From positions 32,001 to 96,000 of IMG/VR virus record IMGVR_UViG_3300033148_006102: a stretch of DNA of 64,000 bases. The stretch is one strand, 5' to 3'. A program made the position numbers and the translations under genes. This document shows, one piece after another, positions 36,293 through 45,263 of the stretch. The stretch's first letter is position 1. Each line of letters begins with the position of its first letter. The stretch comes from a virus. The notes beneath the pieces are model-generated. The model did not search any database. It was given only the letters and a program-made list of their open reading frames with translations, and was not told where the DNA came from.

Positions 36293-38821
36293 ATGCCTGA
36301 TGCTGATCTCAGCCTGATCCTGAAGGGAAGTCGTGAAGTACATACGGCTTACCAAATCCAGATCATTTACGACGGCTTGAATGCGACACAACAAACTGCT
36401 GCAGCCACGCTGTTGGCAGAATACGGCATAAATGCCACAAATATCACGGCGACGAGTGCGCCGTTGGATGATATCGAACGCGCTCTGCAAACTATGTTGG
36501 CGACATTTATGGGAACTGCAGCTACAGGCTCAGGACCAGGTGTCGCTGACTTGGCGGCCTTGAAAGCGATCATTGCAGGTGATCGTACAGACAAGGACGT
36601 GCGGCTAGTCGAATCAGTAGGGTTAACCTATCGTTTCGATGCTGACAGCATTGTGGATCCTACAACAGATCCTGACATTGAAATTCCGGATGACGTTACG
36701 CATCCAGCCCCAGGTCGCTGGTATCTGGTTGAACTGGATGAAGCTGACGAAATTCTGTACGTCAACACAGCGAGTTGGCTGACGGCCACGCATATGCAAG
36801 CGGCTGTCGACGAATTGGCACCGGTGATGCATTCGCCAGTTGCAGATATTGCTGGATTGACGGCGATTGTCGCAGCTTCGCGTGCAGACAGGATGCTGGC
36901 CTTTGTTGATGATCAGAATCGTTTGTATAGTTTTGATGCTGCGGATACGACAGATCCGACTACGCGCACAGACATGGAAATTCCTGATGACGTGACGCAC
37001 CCAGCGCCAGGTCGTTGGATTCGAATGGCGTATCATGCATCTGAGCATGAAAACGGCGGTGTTGATGAGATCAGTGTTGCCGGTCTTAGTGGCCTCTTAG
37101 CAGATGACCAGAATCCGGTTAATCACGCAACTGATCACCAGCATGGCGGCAGCGATGAAGTCGCAACTGCCACACCTGGCGCCAACGCTATTCCGAAGGC
37201 AGACGCATCTGGCTTGCTTGATGGCTGGATCACACAGGCTTGGGACGCGATCGTCGTGGGCACTAACACGGCGGCTACGGATAAGACCAATATTGATGCG
37301 GCTATCTCAGCTGTATCTGCTGGGTCAGGCGATCGTAAGACCATCCTGTTGATGGGACGGTTTGCACTCGGTGCTAATGTGTTCGCGGCAGCGGATTACA
37401 TTACTTTCAATGCTGAGCAAGCATATTTCCGCAAGACTGCAGACAACGCTGGTACGATTTACTTCACCGGTACTGAAATGGTTATGCTCGGCGGTTTTGT
37501 CGAGAACGCCGGTTCATCGTCTAGCGGTGGTTTCTTTGGTGGTCATAAGTGGGAAGGCGGCTTTGTTCTTAGCTGGCCAGCCGCAACACTTATTTCAACT
37601 TCGCAGACCTATGCGCAGTTATCATACCGCGCACAGAGCGGCCTGCCTGTTTCGATATCTGGGGCGGGTTCACAGATTACCGCGAATTATGTAAACGGCG
37701 CAACAGCACCAACCAATAGTTCTTGGGATGTCGCCGCTTCGTCTGGAACGATCACACTTTCTGGCGATAACGTTAATTATCGTAATGGTGGAGGCGGCCC
37801 AGCTGTTGTGGTTTCAGGCTCGGGATCATACTGGCGTGGTAGAGCAAGTGGCGGTATTACAGTAACAGGTACGTATTCGCATGTTGAGGTACCGAACGGT
37901 GCTGCGACATGTAGCGTTACGCAATCTGGCCAAGAAAGCTTTGTAGACGTTCGAGCATCAACTGGCGCAATAGCGCTGAGTGGTATCAATATCACAACGC
38001 GCATCCAATACACTGGTTCCACAGTGTCATCTTTCACGAATACCGCGTCGGATTCAGATATTTTGGTTCGCATGCGTTACCTCGGTAATGCAGTAAATAT
38101 CGCGTTGGGTACAAGAAACACGTACTCGCTGCTCGTGCGGGATACAGCTGGTGGTACAGCTGATACTCTAACGCTGTTATCAGGTACGGACTGTCCAGAA
38201 GCTAAGATTCAGACAGTTCAGCCGACAGTTGATATCGGTGGCGCATCTTTGACAGGCTGCTCCATGACGGTGATGGCTACTGCAGCAGGCGCAGCGGTAA
38301 CAGCCAAGAATGGCTCAGTCGGTAACACGATTGACATTTATTGCGATACGCAGCCGACAGTCGAGGCAGACGCGGCACTTGAGAACACAATTCGTTGGTA
38401 CGACACTTCTGCCCGCGGTATCCTTCGGATGGCGTGGGAGAAGGGTCGCCTGTACCAGACCAAGGAAGAGCTCATCGACTTTGGTGGTACCGGTGCGAAG
38501 AACACGACTATTCAGGTCGACGCGAACGAATGGTGCGAAGGTGTACCGTTGGTTATCGAAACCATTGTTGCGGGTACAAACCCAGGAGCACCGACACAGG
38601 TTGTACCGACTTGGAATGCTGGCGGTATGACAGATCCAACACCGATTGCAGGTGTTGCGGTCAATACGAAGAGTACAGCAGATCTCTTCGAACAGTCTGC
38701 AGCAGCAGCTACTTTGAATCTTGATCCACAGACCGGCGGTGCAGCCTCTGTGGTTGATGCGACCGGCAAGGTGCGGGTCCGTTTCACAACCATCAGGAAT
38801 CTGGCAATGCCGGACGAATAA
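36293..38821 (+). CDS. 842-aa fibre/virion-like protein with internal repeats, inside tRNA array
   Basis: duplicated EIPDDVTHPAPGRW module; HxxxHxxGGxDE repeats; beta-helix-like Ser/Thr/Gly-rich region. Confidence 0.7.
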   Translation: MPDADLSLILKGSREVHTAYQIQIIYDGLNATQQTAAATLLAEYGINATNITATSAPLDDIERALQTMLATFMGTAATGSGPGVADLAALKAIIAGDRTDKDVRLVESVGLTYRFDADSIVDPTTDPDIEIPDDVTHPAPGRWYLVELDEADEILYVNTASWLTATHMQAAVDELAPVMHSPVADIAGLTAIVAASRADRMLAFVDDQNRLYSFDAADTTDPTTRTDMEIPDDVTHPAPGRWIRMAYHASEHENGGVDEISVAGLSGLLADDQNPVNHATDHQHGGSDEVATATPGANAIPKADASGLLDGWITQAWDAIVVGTNTAATDKTNIDAAISAVSAGSGDRKTILLMGRFALGANVFAAADYITFNAEQAYFRKTADNAGTIYFTGTEMVMLGGFVENAGSSSSGGFFGGHKWEGGFVLSWPAATLISTSQTYAQLSYRAQSGLPVSISGAGSQITANYVNGATAPTNSSWDVAASSGTITLSGDNVNYRNGGGGPAVVVSGSGSYWRGRASGGITVTGTYSHVEVPNGAATCSVTQSGQESFVDVRASTGAIALSGINITTRIQYTGSTVSSFTNTASDSDILVRMRYLGNAVNIALGTRNTYSLLVRDTAGGTADTLTLLSGTDCPEAKIQTVQPTVDIGGASLTGCSMTVMATAAGAAVTAKNGSVGNTIDIYCDTQPTVEADAALENTIRWYDTSARGILRMAWEKGRLYQTKEELIDFGGTGAKNTTIQVDANEWCEGVPLVIETIVAGTNPGAPTQVVPTWNAGGMTDPTPIAGVAVNTKSTADLFEQSAAAATLNLDPQTGGAASVVDATGKVRVRFTTIRNLAMPDE

Positions 38822-38834
38822 TAGAGGATGAACG

Positions 38835-39080
38835 ATGGCAGTAACAAGAGATGATGTGGTCACGAAGTTTGACGCACTTCCTGACACCGGTACCATTCGC
38901 GCCCTCGGTTCGGACTACAACATTGTCTGTACCAAGGACGAGGAAACGCCGGCGAACCCTCCGCTGATCGTGGCGGTACAACCACTTGATGGCAGCACGC
39001 ATGTCTTTCTTCAGCATCAGAATGATGATACGCCAGAACCATATGTCGAAGGACCTTGGGAGGCGTTAATTACAGCGTAA
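38835..39080 (+). CDS. hypothetical protein
   Basis: GAGGA before ATG; coupled to next gene. Confidence 0.6.
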   Translation: MAVTRDDVVTKFDALPDTGTIRALGSDYNIVCTKDEETPANPPLIVAVQPLDGSTHVFLQHQNDDTPEPYVEGPWEALITA

Positions 39081-39630
39081 TGAATTCATTCTTTACTGCG
39101 GATCTCCATTTGGATCACGCGAAGATACTACGGCCGGACTTTTGTGCCCGGCCGTATTCTTGTGTAGAGGAAATGAATGAGGCGTTGATCGCGAATTGGA
39201 ACGACCGCGTTACCAAACATGACCAGATATACATACTTGGCGACGTTTCATGGGAGAAACGCGCGATAGAGCATGTACAACGATTAAATGGTCAGAAGTT
39301 TTGATCATAGGTAATCATGATCGAAAGCTACTACCAAAGTACAAGAAGTCAGGCCTATTCCAGTGGGTAAAACCGCTGCACGAAATCAAGGTCGACGACC
39401 AGAAGATTGTGCTTTGTCATTACTCCATGCGCACATGGAATCGTATGCAGCACGGATCCTGGCATTTATTCGGCCATAGTCACGGAACGCTCCCGCCGCA
39501 TGGTAAGTCATTCGATGTAGGCGTGGACTGTTGGAACTATGCGCCGGTCTCATATGAAGAAGTAAAACAAAAGATGGACACACTCGAGATAATATCAGTT
39601 GATCACCACAGACCAAAAGAAGGAGAATAA
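39080..39630 (+). pseudogene. calcineurin-like metallophosphoesterase with a 1-nt frameshift at about 39300
   Basis: ADLHLDH and LGDVS in one frame; GNHD, LCHY and HLFGHSH in another; break at AAG-TTTT-GATC. Confidence 0.8.
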
Positions 39631-40021
39631 CTTGGCAATAAAACTGAACCAATTTCAAAACGGTCGACAGCGAGAGCATACTGTATCGATTCGCACTATC
39701 ATGGAACGTGCATTGGCGCGGACCGAAGATCAAACGCCTTTTCTAAGGGGTGTGCTGTTGTTAGATAAAGAATGGCGACAGATCTGTACAAAGCTGGACT
39801 ACATTGATGCTGCGCTAGCAGCGGCGGAACGCTACGAAGCTTCACTCAATGATAGCAGTCAAACGGCGGAAGATATGATGTTTGAAGCTTTGCGCGAACG
39901 TCTACCCAGCGATGTTGTCGACATGATGGAGTCGGTCACGCCATTCCGCAAGGATGGCAGTACACCGGCAGTTGAGGCAGTTGAGAAACTGGGAAAGTTT
40001 GTAGACAATGCGAAGCTTTAA
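39599..40021 (+). CDS. hypothetical protein
   Basis: ORF; start may be TTG near 39632. Confidence 0.55.
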   Translation: MITTDQKKENNLAIKLNQFQNGRQREHTVSIRTIMERALARTEDQTPFLRGVLLLDKEWRQICTKLDYIDAALAAAERYEASLNDSSQTAEDMMFEALRERLPSDVVDMMESVTPFRKDGSTPAVEAVEKLGKFVDNAKL

Positions 40022-40208
40022 GCAATGTGTTGAAGAATACAAACAAAATCATGCCTGTTTTTGCCTATATTGCGGTCACGACGAGCTGATAGTTCAAGAG
40101 CGATCTGGTCCTAAGATCGAGATGAAACAGCTTGTGACGTGCCCCAAGTGCAAGAGGGCCTGGTGGGAATACTGGGGCTTGATCAGTGTTGAAGAAGCGC
40201 TAGCATGA
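40008..40208 (+). CDS. small zinc-ribbon protein
   Basis: CLYCG...CPKC. Confidence 0.6.
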   Translation: MRSFKQCVEEYKQNHACFCLYCGHDELIVQERSGPKIEMKQLVTCPKCKRAWWEYWGLISVEEALA

Positions 40209-40283
40209 GGCCTCGTCGTCTAATGAACAGGACACTACCCTCCGAAGGTAGAGATCCAGGTTTGAGTCCTGGCGGGGCTACCA
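40209..40283 (+). tRNA. trnR: tRNA-Arg(CCG)
   Basis: CTACC-CTCCGAA-GGTAG, CCA end. Confidence 0.88.
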
Positions 40284-40297
40284 ATTGAAAGGAACAG

Positions 40298-40783
40298 ATG
40301 AAGATTTTGCCCAAGCCATATGATTGGGATATATGCATGCTTGAGATGGCGGCCACACTCGCCAAGATGAGCAAAGATACGTCGACACAGGTTGGCGCAC
40401 TGCTTGTCAGCCCTGATAAGCGGCGCATGTCAGGAGGCTACAACGGCTTTCCGACGAACATTCCCGATTATGAGGACTGGTGGAATCGACGCGAAGACAC
40501 AGAAGGTGAATTTACCAAGTACGAGCTGGTGGTCCATGCTGAGGAAAACGCCATCTGCCAAGCGCGTACGGATCTCACGGGCTGGACGCTGTACTGCACG
40601 CATCAACCATGTCTTCGGTGTTCAAGGTTGATAGCTTCGCAAGGTATTCGACGTGTTGTATGGGATGCGGGTCATGAGGTGACGCGCATGGATCTACAAA
40701 CAGAGAAGGCGCTGAAGCTTTTCGAAGAAGCGGGAATCGAAGTACACACGATTCATTACCGGGATACATATAAGGGGGCGTAG
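40298..40783 (+). CDS. dCMP deaminase (ComEB/T4 cd-like)
   Basis: SKDTSTQVGA, GYNGFP, HAEENAI, PCLRC zinc motifs. Confidence 0.9.
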   Translation: MKILPKPYDWDICMLEMAATLAKMSKDTSTQVGALLVSPDKRRMSGGYNGFPTNIPDYEDWWNRREDTEGEFTKYELVVHAEENAICQARTDLTGWTLYCTHQPCLRCSRLIASQGIRRVVWDAGHEVTRMDLQTEKALKLFEEAGIEVHTIHYRDTYKGA

Positions 40784-40851
40784 CTCAACGGAATTAGAGC
40801 GCTGGTCTACGGAACCAGAGGTTGAAGGTTCGAATCCTTCCGTCCCTACCA
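40774..40851 (+). tRNA. trnR: tRNA-Arg(ACG)
   Basis: CTGGT-CTACGGA-ACCAG, CCA end. Confidence 0.92.
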
Positions 40852-40984
40852 TCTTGAAAGGAAACTGTGGAGAAGCAGGAAGTTGTAATCAAAGTAGTTG
40901 AAAAGGGTGGCAGCGGAATAAGTATCCTGTCGCTGCTTGGCATCGCCGGCGTACTGCCAAGCAGTATGGTTGGTATCAGTAATT

Positions 40985-41058
40985 GGCCACGTCGTCTAAT
41001 GGAAGGATACCAGGCTTTCAACCTGGAGACCGGGGATCGATACCCCGCGTGGCTACCA
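40985..41058 (+). tRNA. trnE: tRNA-Glu(UUC)
   Basis: CCAGG-CTTTCAA-CCTGG, CCA end. Confidence 0.88.
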
Positions 41059-41076
41059 ATTTCACAAGGAGAAGGA

Positions 41077-41262
41077 ATGGCAGAAGAATATGTGACATCG
41101 TTGGTGGACAAACCATCGATTGATATTACTGCACCAAAGGCAGTACAGATCGATATTCGTGAGGATGGGAAGGTGCTCTGGATCAACGTGGACGGGATCT
41201 GTCGTTTACGTTGTTGTCAGATTGAGCTCCTTGAAGTTGAAGACAGGCGAACGAAGAAATGA
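41077..41262 (+). CDS. small hypothetical protein
   Basis: GGAGAAGGA before ATG. Confidence 0.6.
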   Translation: MAEEYVTSLVDKPSIDITAPKAVQIDIREDGKVLWINVDGICRLRCCQIELLEVEDRRTKK

Positions 41263-41567
41263 AGATGTATATTTTGGTCAAGGAGGATGTGCGCTTAGGC
41301 CTTGCCGCCGTAAGTATCGCGCACGCTGCCATGGCCGCCTATTTGGCATACAAAGACACGCCAGAAGTAAAAGAATGGCTCGCCGGTCCTTTCTACAAAG
41401 TTGTGTGTAAAGTGACTGCGCAAGAGATGGAGCAGGCTAAGGACGCCGGGGACTATGTCAGGATCACAGATTCAAACTATGCGGATGGGACTGTGATAAT
41501 TGCACTGGCATTCAAGCCGCGGGAAGAATACCCGAAGGCGTTCAAATACTTCAAGCTTTTCAAATAG
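41259..41567 (+). CDS. pth2: peptidyl-tRNA hydrolase, Pth2 family
   Basis: KMYILV...AAVSIAHAA...EWL...KVVCKV...ITD...ALAFKP. Confidence 0.8.
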   Translation: MKMYILVKEDVRLGLAAVSIAHAAMAAYLAYKDTPEVKEWLAGPFYKVVCKVTAQEMEQAKDAGDYVRITDSNYADGTVIIALAFKPREEYPKAFKYFKLFK

Positions 41568-41642
41568 GTCGCGTGGCGCAACAGGGAGCGCATCAGCATG
41601 ACACGCTGAAGGTTAGAGGTTCGATTCCTCTCGTGGCCACCA
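41567..41642 (+). tRNA. trnV: tRNA-Val(GAC)
   Basis: TCAGC-ATGACAC-GCTGA, CCA end. Confidence 0.88.
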
Positions 41643-41656
41643 AATTTGAGGAAAAC

Positions 41657-41905
41657 ATGCTAGAACCACAGAAGACAAAACACATCAAAGAATACCCAGT
41701 CACCATAGAAACCATATTTCCTTTGGATACGTTTGACGTGCGATGGACAGAAGGTCCGGCGACGCAGCGCGTAAAGATTCGACAGGTAGAAACAGGAATC
41801 TATTTGATGTGCGACAACGATGTGCGCCCGCTCGAGGTCACAATTCCTTGGGAACGATTCTTCAATAAAATTGAAGAGCTCGTATTATCGAGCAAGCCGA
41901 TATAA
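41657..41905 (+). CDS. hypothetical protein
   Basis: GAGGA before ATG. Confidence 0.6.
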   Translation: MLEPQKTKHIKEYPVTIETIFPLDTFDVRWTEGPATQRVKIRQVETGIYLMCDNDVRPLEVTIPWERFFNKIEELVLSSKPI

Positions 41906-41981
41906 GCCCGCATAGCTCAACTGGGAGAGCGCCTGACTTACATTCAGGAGGTTGGGAGTTCGAAACTCTCTGTGGGCACCA
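41906..41981 (+). tRNA. trnV: tRNA-Val(UAC)
   Basis: CCTGA-CTTACAT-TCAGG, CCA end. Confidence 0.92.
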
Positions 41982-41982
41982 T

Positions 41983-42060
41983 GGCCGCATCGTCTAGTCT
42001 GGCTCAGGATACTGCCCTCTCAAGGCAGAGACGAGGGTTCAAATCCCTCTGCGGCTACCA
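41983..42060 (+). tRNA. trnE: tRNA-Glu(CUC)
   Basis: CTGCC-CTCTCAA-GGCAG, CCA end. Confidence 0.9.
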
Positions 42061-42078
42061 CAATTTTGAGAAAGGAAA

Positions 42079-42154
42079 AGCCCCGTAGCTTAATTGGAAA
42101 AGCGTCCGCCTCCTAAGTGGTCAGATCTCGGTTCGACTCCGGGCGGGGCCGCCA
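42079..42154 (+). tRNA. trnR: tRNA-Arg(CCU), A1:C72 mismatch
   Basis: CTCCTAA loop, T-arm TTCGACT, GCCA end. Confidence 0.8.
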
Positions 42155-42159
42155 ATAAC

Positions 42160-42435
42160 ATGACACACAAATTCATCAAAGAAAAAATAGAACCAAAACT
42201 TGCGGAGCTTGAAGCGAAGTTTCCGCGACGTTCAAAAGTGAGAGTGCGGAGCGCGCCTTGGGAATACCCGCATTGGCAGCGCATAGGGCACGTAGTTGAC
42301 TATGACGTGCGACACAGCGCAAATGATAGTTTGCGTGGTGTGATCAAGATTGTCGCACAGGATGTAGATCCTTGGTATGCATGGGAAGAGGATGTTGAGA
42401 TTCTTTGGGATGCGCCATCTGGGACTTTACCATAA
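42160..42435 (+). CDS. hypothetical protein
   Basis: ORF between tRNAs. Confidence 0.55.
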   Translation: MTHKFIKEKIEPKLAELEAKFPRRSKVRVRSAPWEYPHWQRIGHVVDYDVRHSANDSLRGVIKIVAQDVDPWYAWEEDVEILWDAPSGTLP

Positions 42436-42444
42436 TCACAGAAT

Positions 42445-42520
42445 GCCGCTGTCGTTCAACGGAATAGGACATCCGCCTTCTAAGCGGAGAATCGGGGTTC
42501 GAATCCCTGCAGCGGTACCA
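42445..42520 (+). tRNA. trnR: tRNA-Arg(UCU)
   Basis: TCCGC-CTTCTAA-GCGGA, CCA end. Confidence 0.9.
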
Positions 42521-42521
42521 G

Positions 42522-42593
42522 GGCACACCCGCATGGTGCGGACTTGCCTCTCATAAGGGCAAAGATTGAGTTCGATTCTCAGGTGTGCCACCA
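42522..42593 (+). tRNA. tRNA with CAU anticodon (Ile2 or Met), reduced D-arm
   Basis: GGCACAC/GTGTGCC acceptor, CTCATAA loop, CCA end; no U8. Confidence 0.75.
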
Positions 42594-42684
42594 AATTTCT
42601 CTTGCAACGGTGAATCGGCATAATAGGATTCACGCAGGACTTTATTTTGCCGGAACAGTCCGCCGGCTTACAAAGGAGATCGCA

Positions 42685-44082
42685 ATGATGCATCACAGTA
42701 ACTGTGTGGTCACGCTCTGTGACCAGGACAACCGCCCATTCAGAGAATACAGCCACCACCGCGAAGGCGACGCCTCTCGCGCTAAGGTTAGTATTTCGTA
42801 CGGAACTGAGTACAAGTTCATGTTCCGTATCAGGGACCATCTTCGCCGGCGCGTCGAGTTCACGATCGACGGGTCGCAGGTAGGCGAGCTCATCTTCGAG
42901 GGTAACTCGCAGACCTATCTCGAGCGCTTCATCGACAGCGCACGCAAGTTCAAGGTCGTACATCCGGAGAGTAGCGAGTGCCAGGATCCGGGTAATCCGA
43001 AGAACGGCCAAGTCGAATTGACGGTATGGACAGAGAAGGCGCCGCCTCCGCCACCACCAAGGCCTGCGCGGCGTGCATTCCGCAGCCGTGGTATCACGGG
43101 ACAGACCATAGGTTGTTCTGGTATGAACAGCCCCGTCTTTGGTTCTTCTGCAGGCTCACTGGGATCCGCAGGTCCTGAATATGAGATGTTGACCAACGGC
43201 GCGGCCGCAACAGGCGAGGGCGGTTACTCGAATCAGGAATTTGGGTCGACTACCTGGCGCGGCGACGCAGGTGAGCCGATTACCTTCCAGTTCAAGATTA
43301 TGGGGAAGGAAGATGAGCATGCGCCGAACAGTAAGTTCTTCTACTGTGCGAAGTGCGGTGATCAGGTTCCTGTAGGCTCTAATTATTGCGGCAGGTGTGG
43401 TGCGCATATAGCAAGCATGAATCCTGACGGGTGCACGATTCATCTCGGCATCGTGCTTGATGAGTCGTCATCTATGGAAGGCGACTGGGATATGACGATC
43501 GACGCGATCAACGAGTATCTCGATACGCTGCAGGGTGACGACCACCGATACAGGGTCTCGATCACAGCCTTCAATACGGTGAGTCGTCCGGTCTTTCATG
43601 CGACGGATCTGACGAAGGATGTCCGGATAAGTCGGCACAACTACCGGCCTAACGGTATGACGGCGTTGTACGACGCGATCGCGGATGGTATCGGTAGCCT
43701 CGAAGACAGCGTATGGGATTATGACGGCAAGGCCATGCTGGTGATCATGACAGATGGCCAAGAGAATAGCTCCAGGAACTTCAGCCTTGACCGGATCCGT
43801 AAGTTGATCTCGAGCAAAGAACGCGATGGCAACTGGACGTTTGTCTACATGGGATCGCACAACGATGCTTGGAAGCATGGCAGCGCGCTCGGAATTAGTA
43901 AGGCGAATGTCATGCAGTTTGATCAGGCACAGGCGCAGCCGTTGATGCGCGCGTTTGGTGCAAGTACGCAGGCATATGCCAGCAGCGCGGATGCAAACTC
44001 GCAGGCCATCTTCGCGTCGAATAAAGCGGATTACAAGAATATCGGCGCAACGGCGATAGACGATCATAAGGCGGATTGTTAA
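42685..44082 (+). CDS. fusion protein: N-terminal beta domain, double zinc ribbon, vWA domain
   Basis: CAKC...CGRC; LDESSSM MIDAS, TALYDA, MTDGQEN; AAGGAG RBS. Confidence 0.85.
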   Translation: MMHHSNCVVTLCDQDNRPFREYSHHREGDASRAKVSISYGTEYKFMFRIRDHLRRRVEFTIDGSQVGELIFEGNSQTYLERFIDSARKFKVVHPESSECQDPGNPKNGQVELTVWTEKAPPPPPPRPARRAFRSRGITGQTIGCSGMNSPVFGSSAGSLGSAGPEYEMLTNGAAATGEGGYSNQEFGSTTWRGDAGEPITFQFKIMGKEDEHAPNSKFFYCAKCGDQVPVGSNYCGRCGAHIASMNPDGCTIHLGIVLDESSSMEGDWDMTIDAINEYLDTLQGDDHRYRVSITAFNTVSRPVFHATDLTKDVRISRHNYRPNGMTALYDAIADGIGSLEDSVWDYDGKAMLVIMTDGQENSSRNFSLDRIRKLISSKERDGNWTFVYMGSHNDAWKHGSALGISKANVMQFDQAQAQPLMRAFGASTQAYASSADANSQAIFASNKADYKNIGATAIDDHKADC

Positions 44083-44154
44083 CGTTTTCCGGCCCCAAAG
44101 CATAAGTAGTGACGGGCTCTTGACTTTGTGATGCACCTGTGTTTTACTCGGCGC

Positions 44155-44637
44155 ATGAAAAAGTTCAAGAGCCCAGCTAAGCACCAAACACCGTTATATC
44201 GAGCACGATGTGCGTATCGTGATATGTCACGTCGTTGCGGCAATCCTAACGGAAAGAATCCAGCATATGTTGATGTTGAACTCCGAATGACGATGGAAGC
44301 ATGGCTGGAGTGGTCGCTGCCGCATTACGAAAAGTTTATAGCTGAAAACCCCGGTGTGTCGCCAAGCGTATCGCGTAACGGCGATGTAGGTCATTATGAA
44401 ATCGGGAACCTGGAAATCGTGTCTTTACAAGAAAATCGTCGACGACAGAAGACGAAGTTGTTGGTGCGACCAAACGGTACGAAGCTTTGTTGTACGTGCA
44501 GGGTGGTGCAGCCAAAAGAAAATTTTTGTAAGAACAGAACACGCGCAGATGGCTTGAATCACGAGTGTCGTAGCTGTCGCGCCATTCGTGTGCGTGAATG
44601 GCGCGCAAAGAAAAAGAAGGCTCCTACTCCTAGATAG
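44155..44637 (+). CDS. HNH-like homing endonuclease with C-terminal zinc finger
   Basis: AYRDMSRRC.NP...SVSRNGDVGHYEIGNLEIV...EN; CCTC...CRSC. Confidence 0.7.
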   Translation: MKKFKSPAKHQTPLYRARCAYRDMSRRCGNPNGKNPAYVDVELRMTMEAWLEWSLPHYEKFIAENPGVSPSVSRNGDVGHYEIGNLEIVSLQENRRRQKTKLLVRPNGTKLCCTCRVVQPKENFCKNRTRADGLNHECRSCRAIRVREWRAKKKKAPTPR

Positions 44638-44693
44638 CGAGGAACCTGTCTCTTAAACAGGGAAGCGGCGTGCAAGTCGTCGAGGAGCCACCA
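44619..44693 (+). tRNA. trnK: tRNA-Lys(CUU), T-loop TGCAAGT, no U8
   Basis: GGCTCCT/AGGAGCC acceptor, CCTGT-CTCTTAA-ACAGG, CCA end. Confidence 0.8.
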
Positions 44694-44701
44694 ACATATA
44701 A

Positions 44702-44776
44702 GGGCTCATAGTTCAATTCGTAGAACAGCTGACTCATAATCAGCCGATCTCGGTGCAAATCCGGGTGAGCCCACCA
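44702..44776 (+). tRNA. tRNA-Met(CAU), elongator-like (Met or Ile2); T-loop TGCAAAT
   Basis: GCTGA-CTCATAA-TCAGC, CCA end. Confidence 0.85.
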
Positions 44777-44798
44777 TCGCTTTCCTTGAAAGGATGGG

Positions 44799-45263
44799 AT
44801 GTCATATACATACGAAACTCTTGTTGAAGTTCAATGTTATAAGTGTGGGATTCGCTTTGGACTGATCCAGAGCTATTACGATCTGCGGAAGCGTGATAAG
44901 AAAGAGTGGTATTGTCCGAACGGCCATACACAGTATTTCATAGGTGAAACTGCTGAACAACGGTTACGCCGTGAATTGCGCGCGGAGGAAGCAAAACACA
45001 GGAAAACCAAGCAAACACTGAAGACACAGCAGACAAGGACTGCAAATTATAGGGAAGACAACGACGCTAAGGATCGCCAGATGATTTCCTTGCGTGGCAC
45101 GATAACCATGTTGCGCCGATACATGAAGGATGGTAAATGTCCGTGTTGTCACAAGACAGTTGATGATTTACCGGGGCATCTAAAAGAAAAGCATCCCCAT
45201 TTCATGGCGCCGGTGCAACCCAAGAAAGAGAAGGAATGCCAAAACCAGAACAAGAACGAGTGA
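44799..45263 (+). CDS. zinc-binding coiled-coil protein
   Basis: CYKCG...CPNGH; CPCC...HLKEKH. Confidence 0.7.
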   Translation: MSYTYETLVEVQCYKCGIRFGLIQSYYDLRKRDKKEWYCPNGHTQYFIGETAEQRLRRELRAEEAKHRKTKQTLKTQQTRTANYREDNDAKDRQMISLRGTITMLRRYMKDGKCPCCHKTVDDLPGHLKEKHPHFMAPVQPKKEKECQNQNKNE

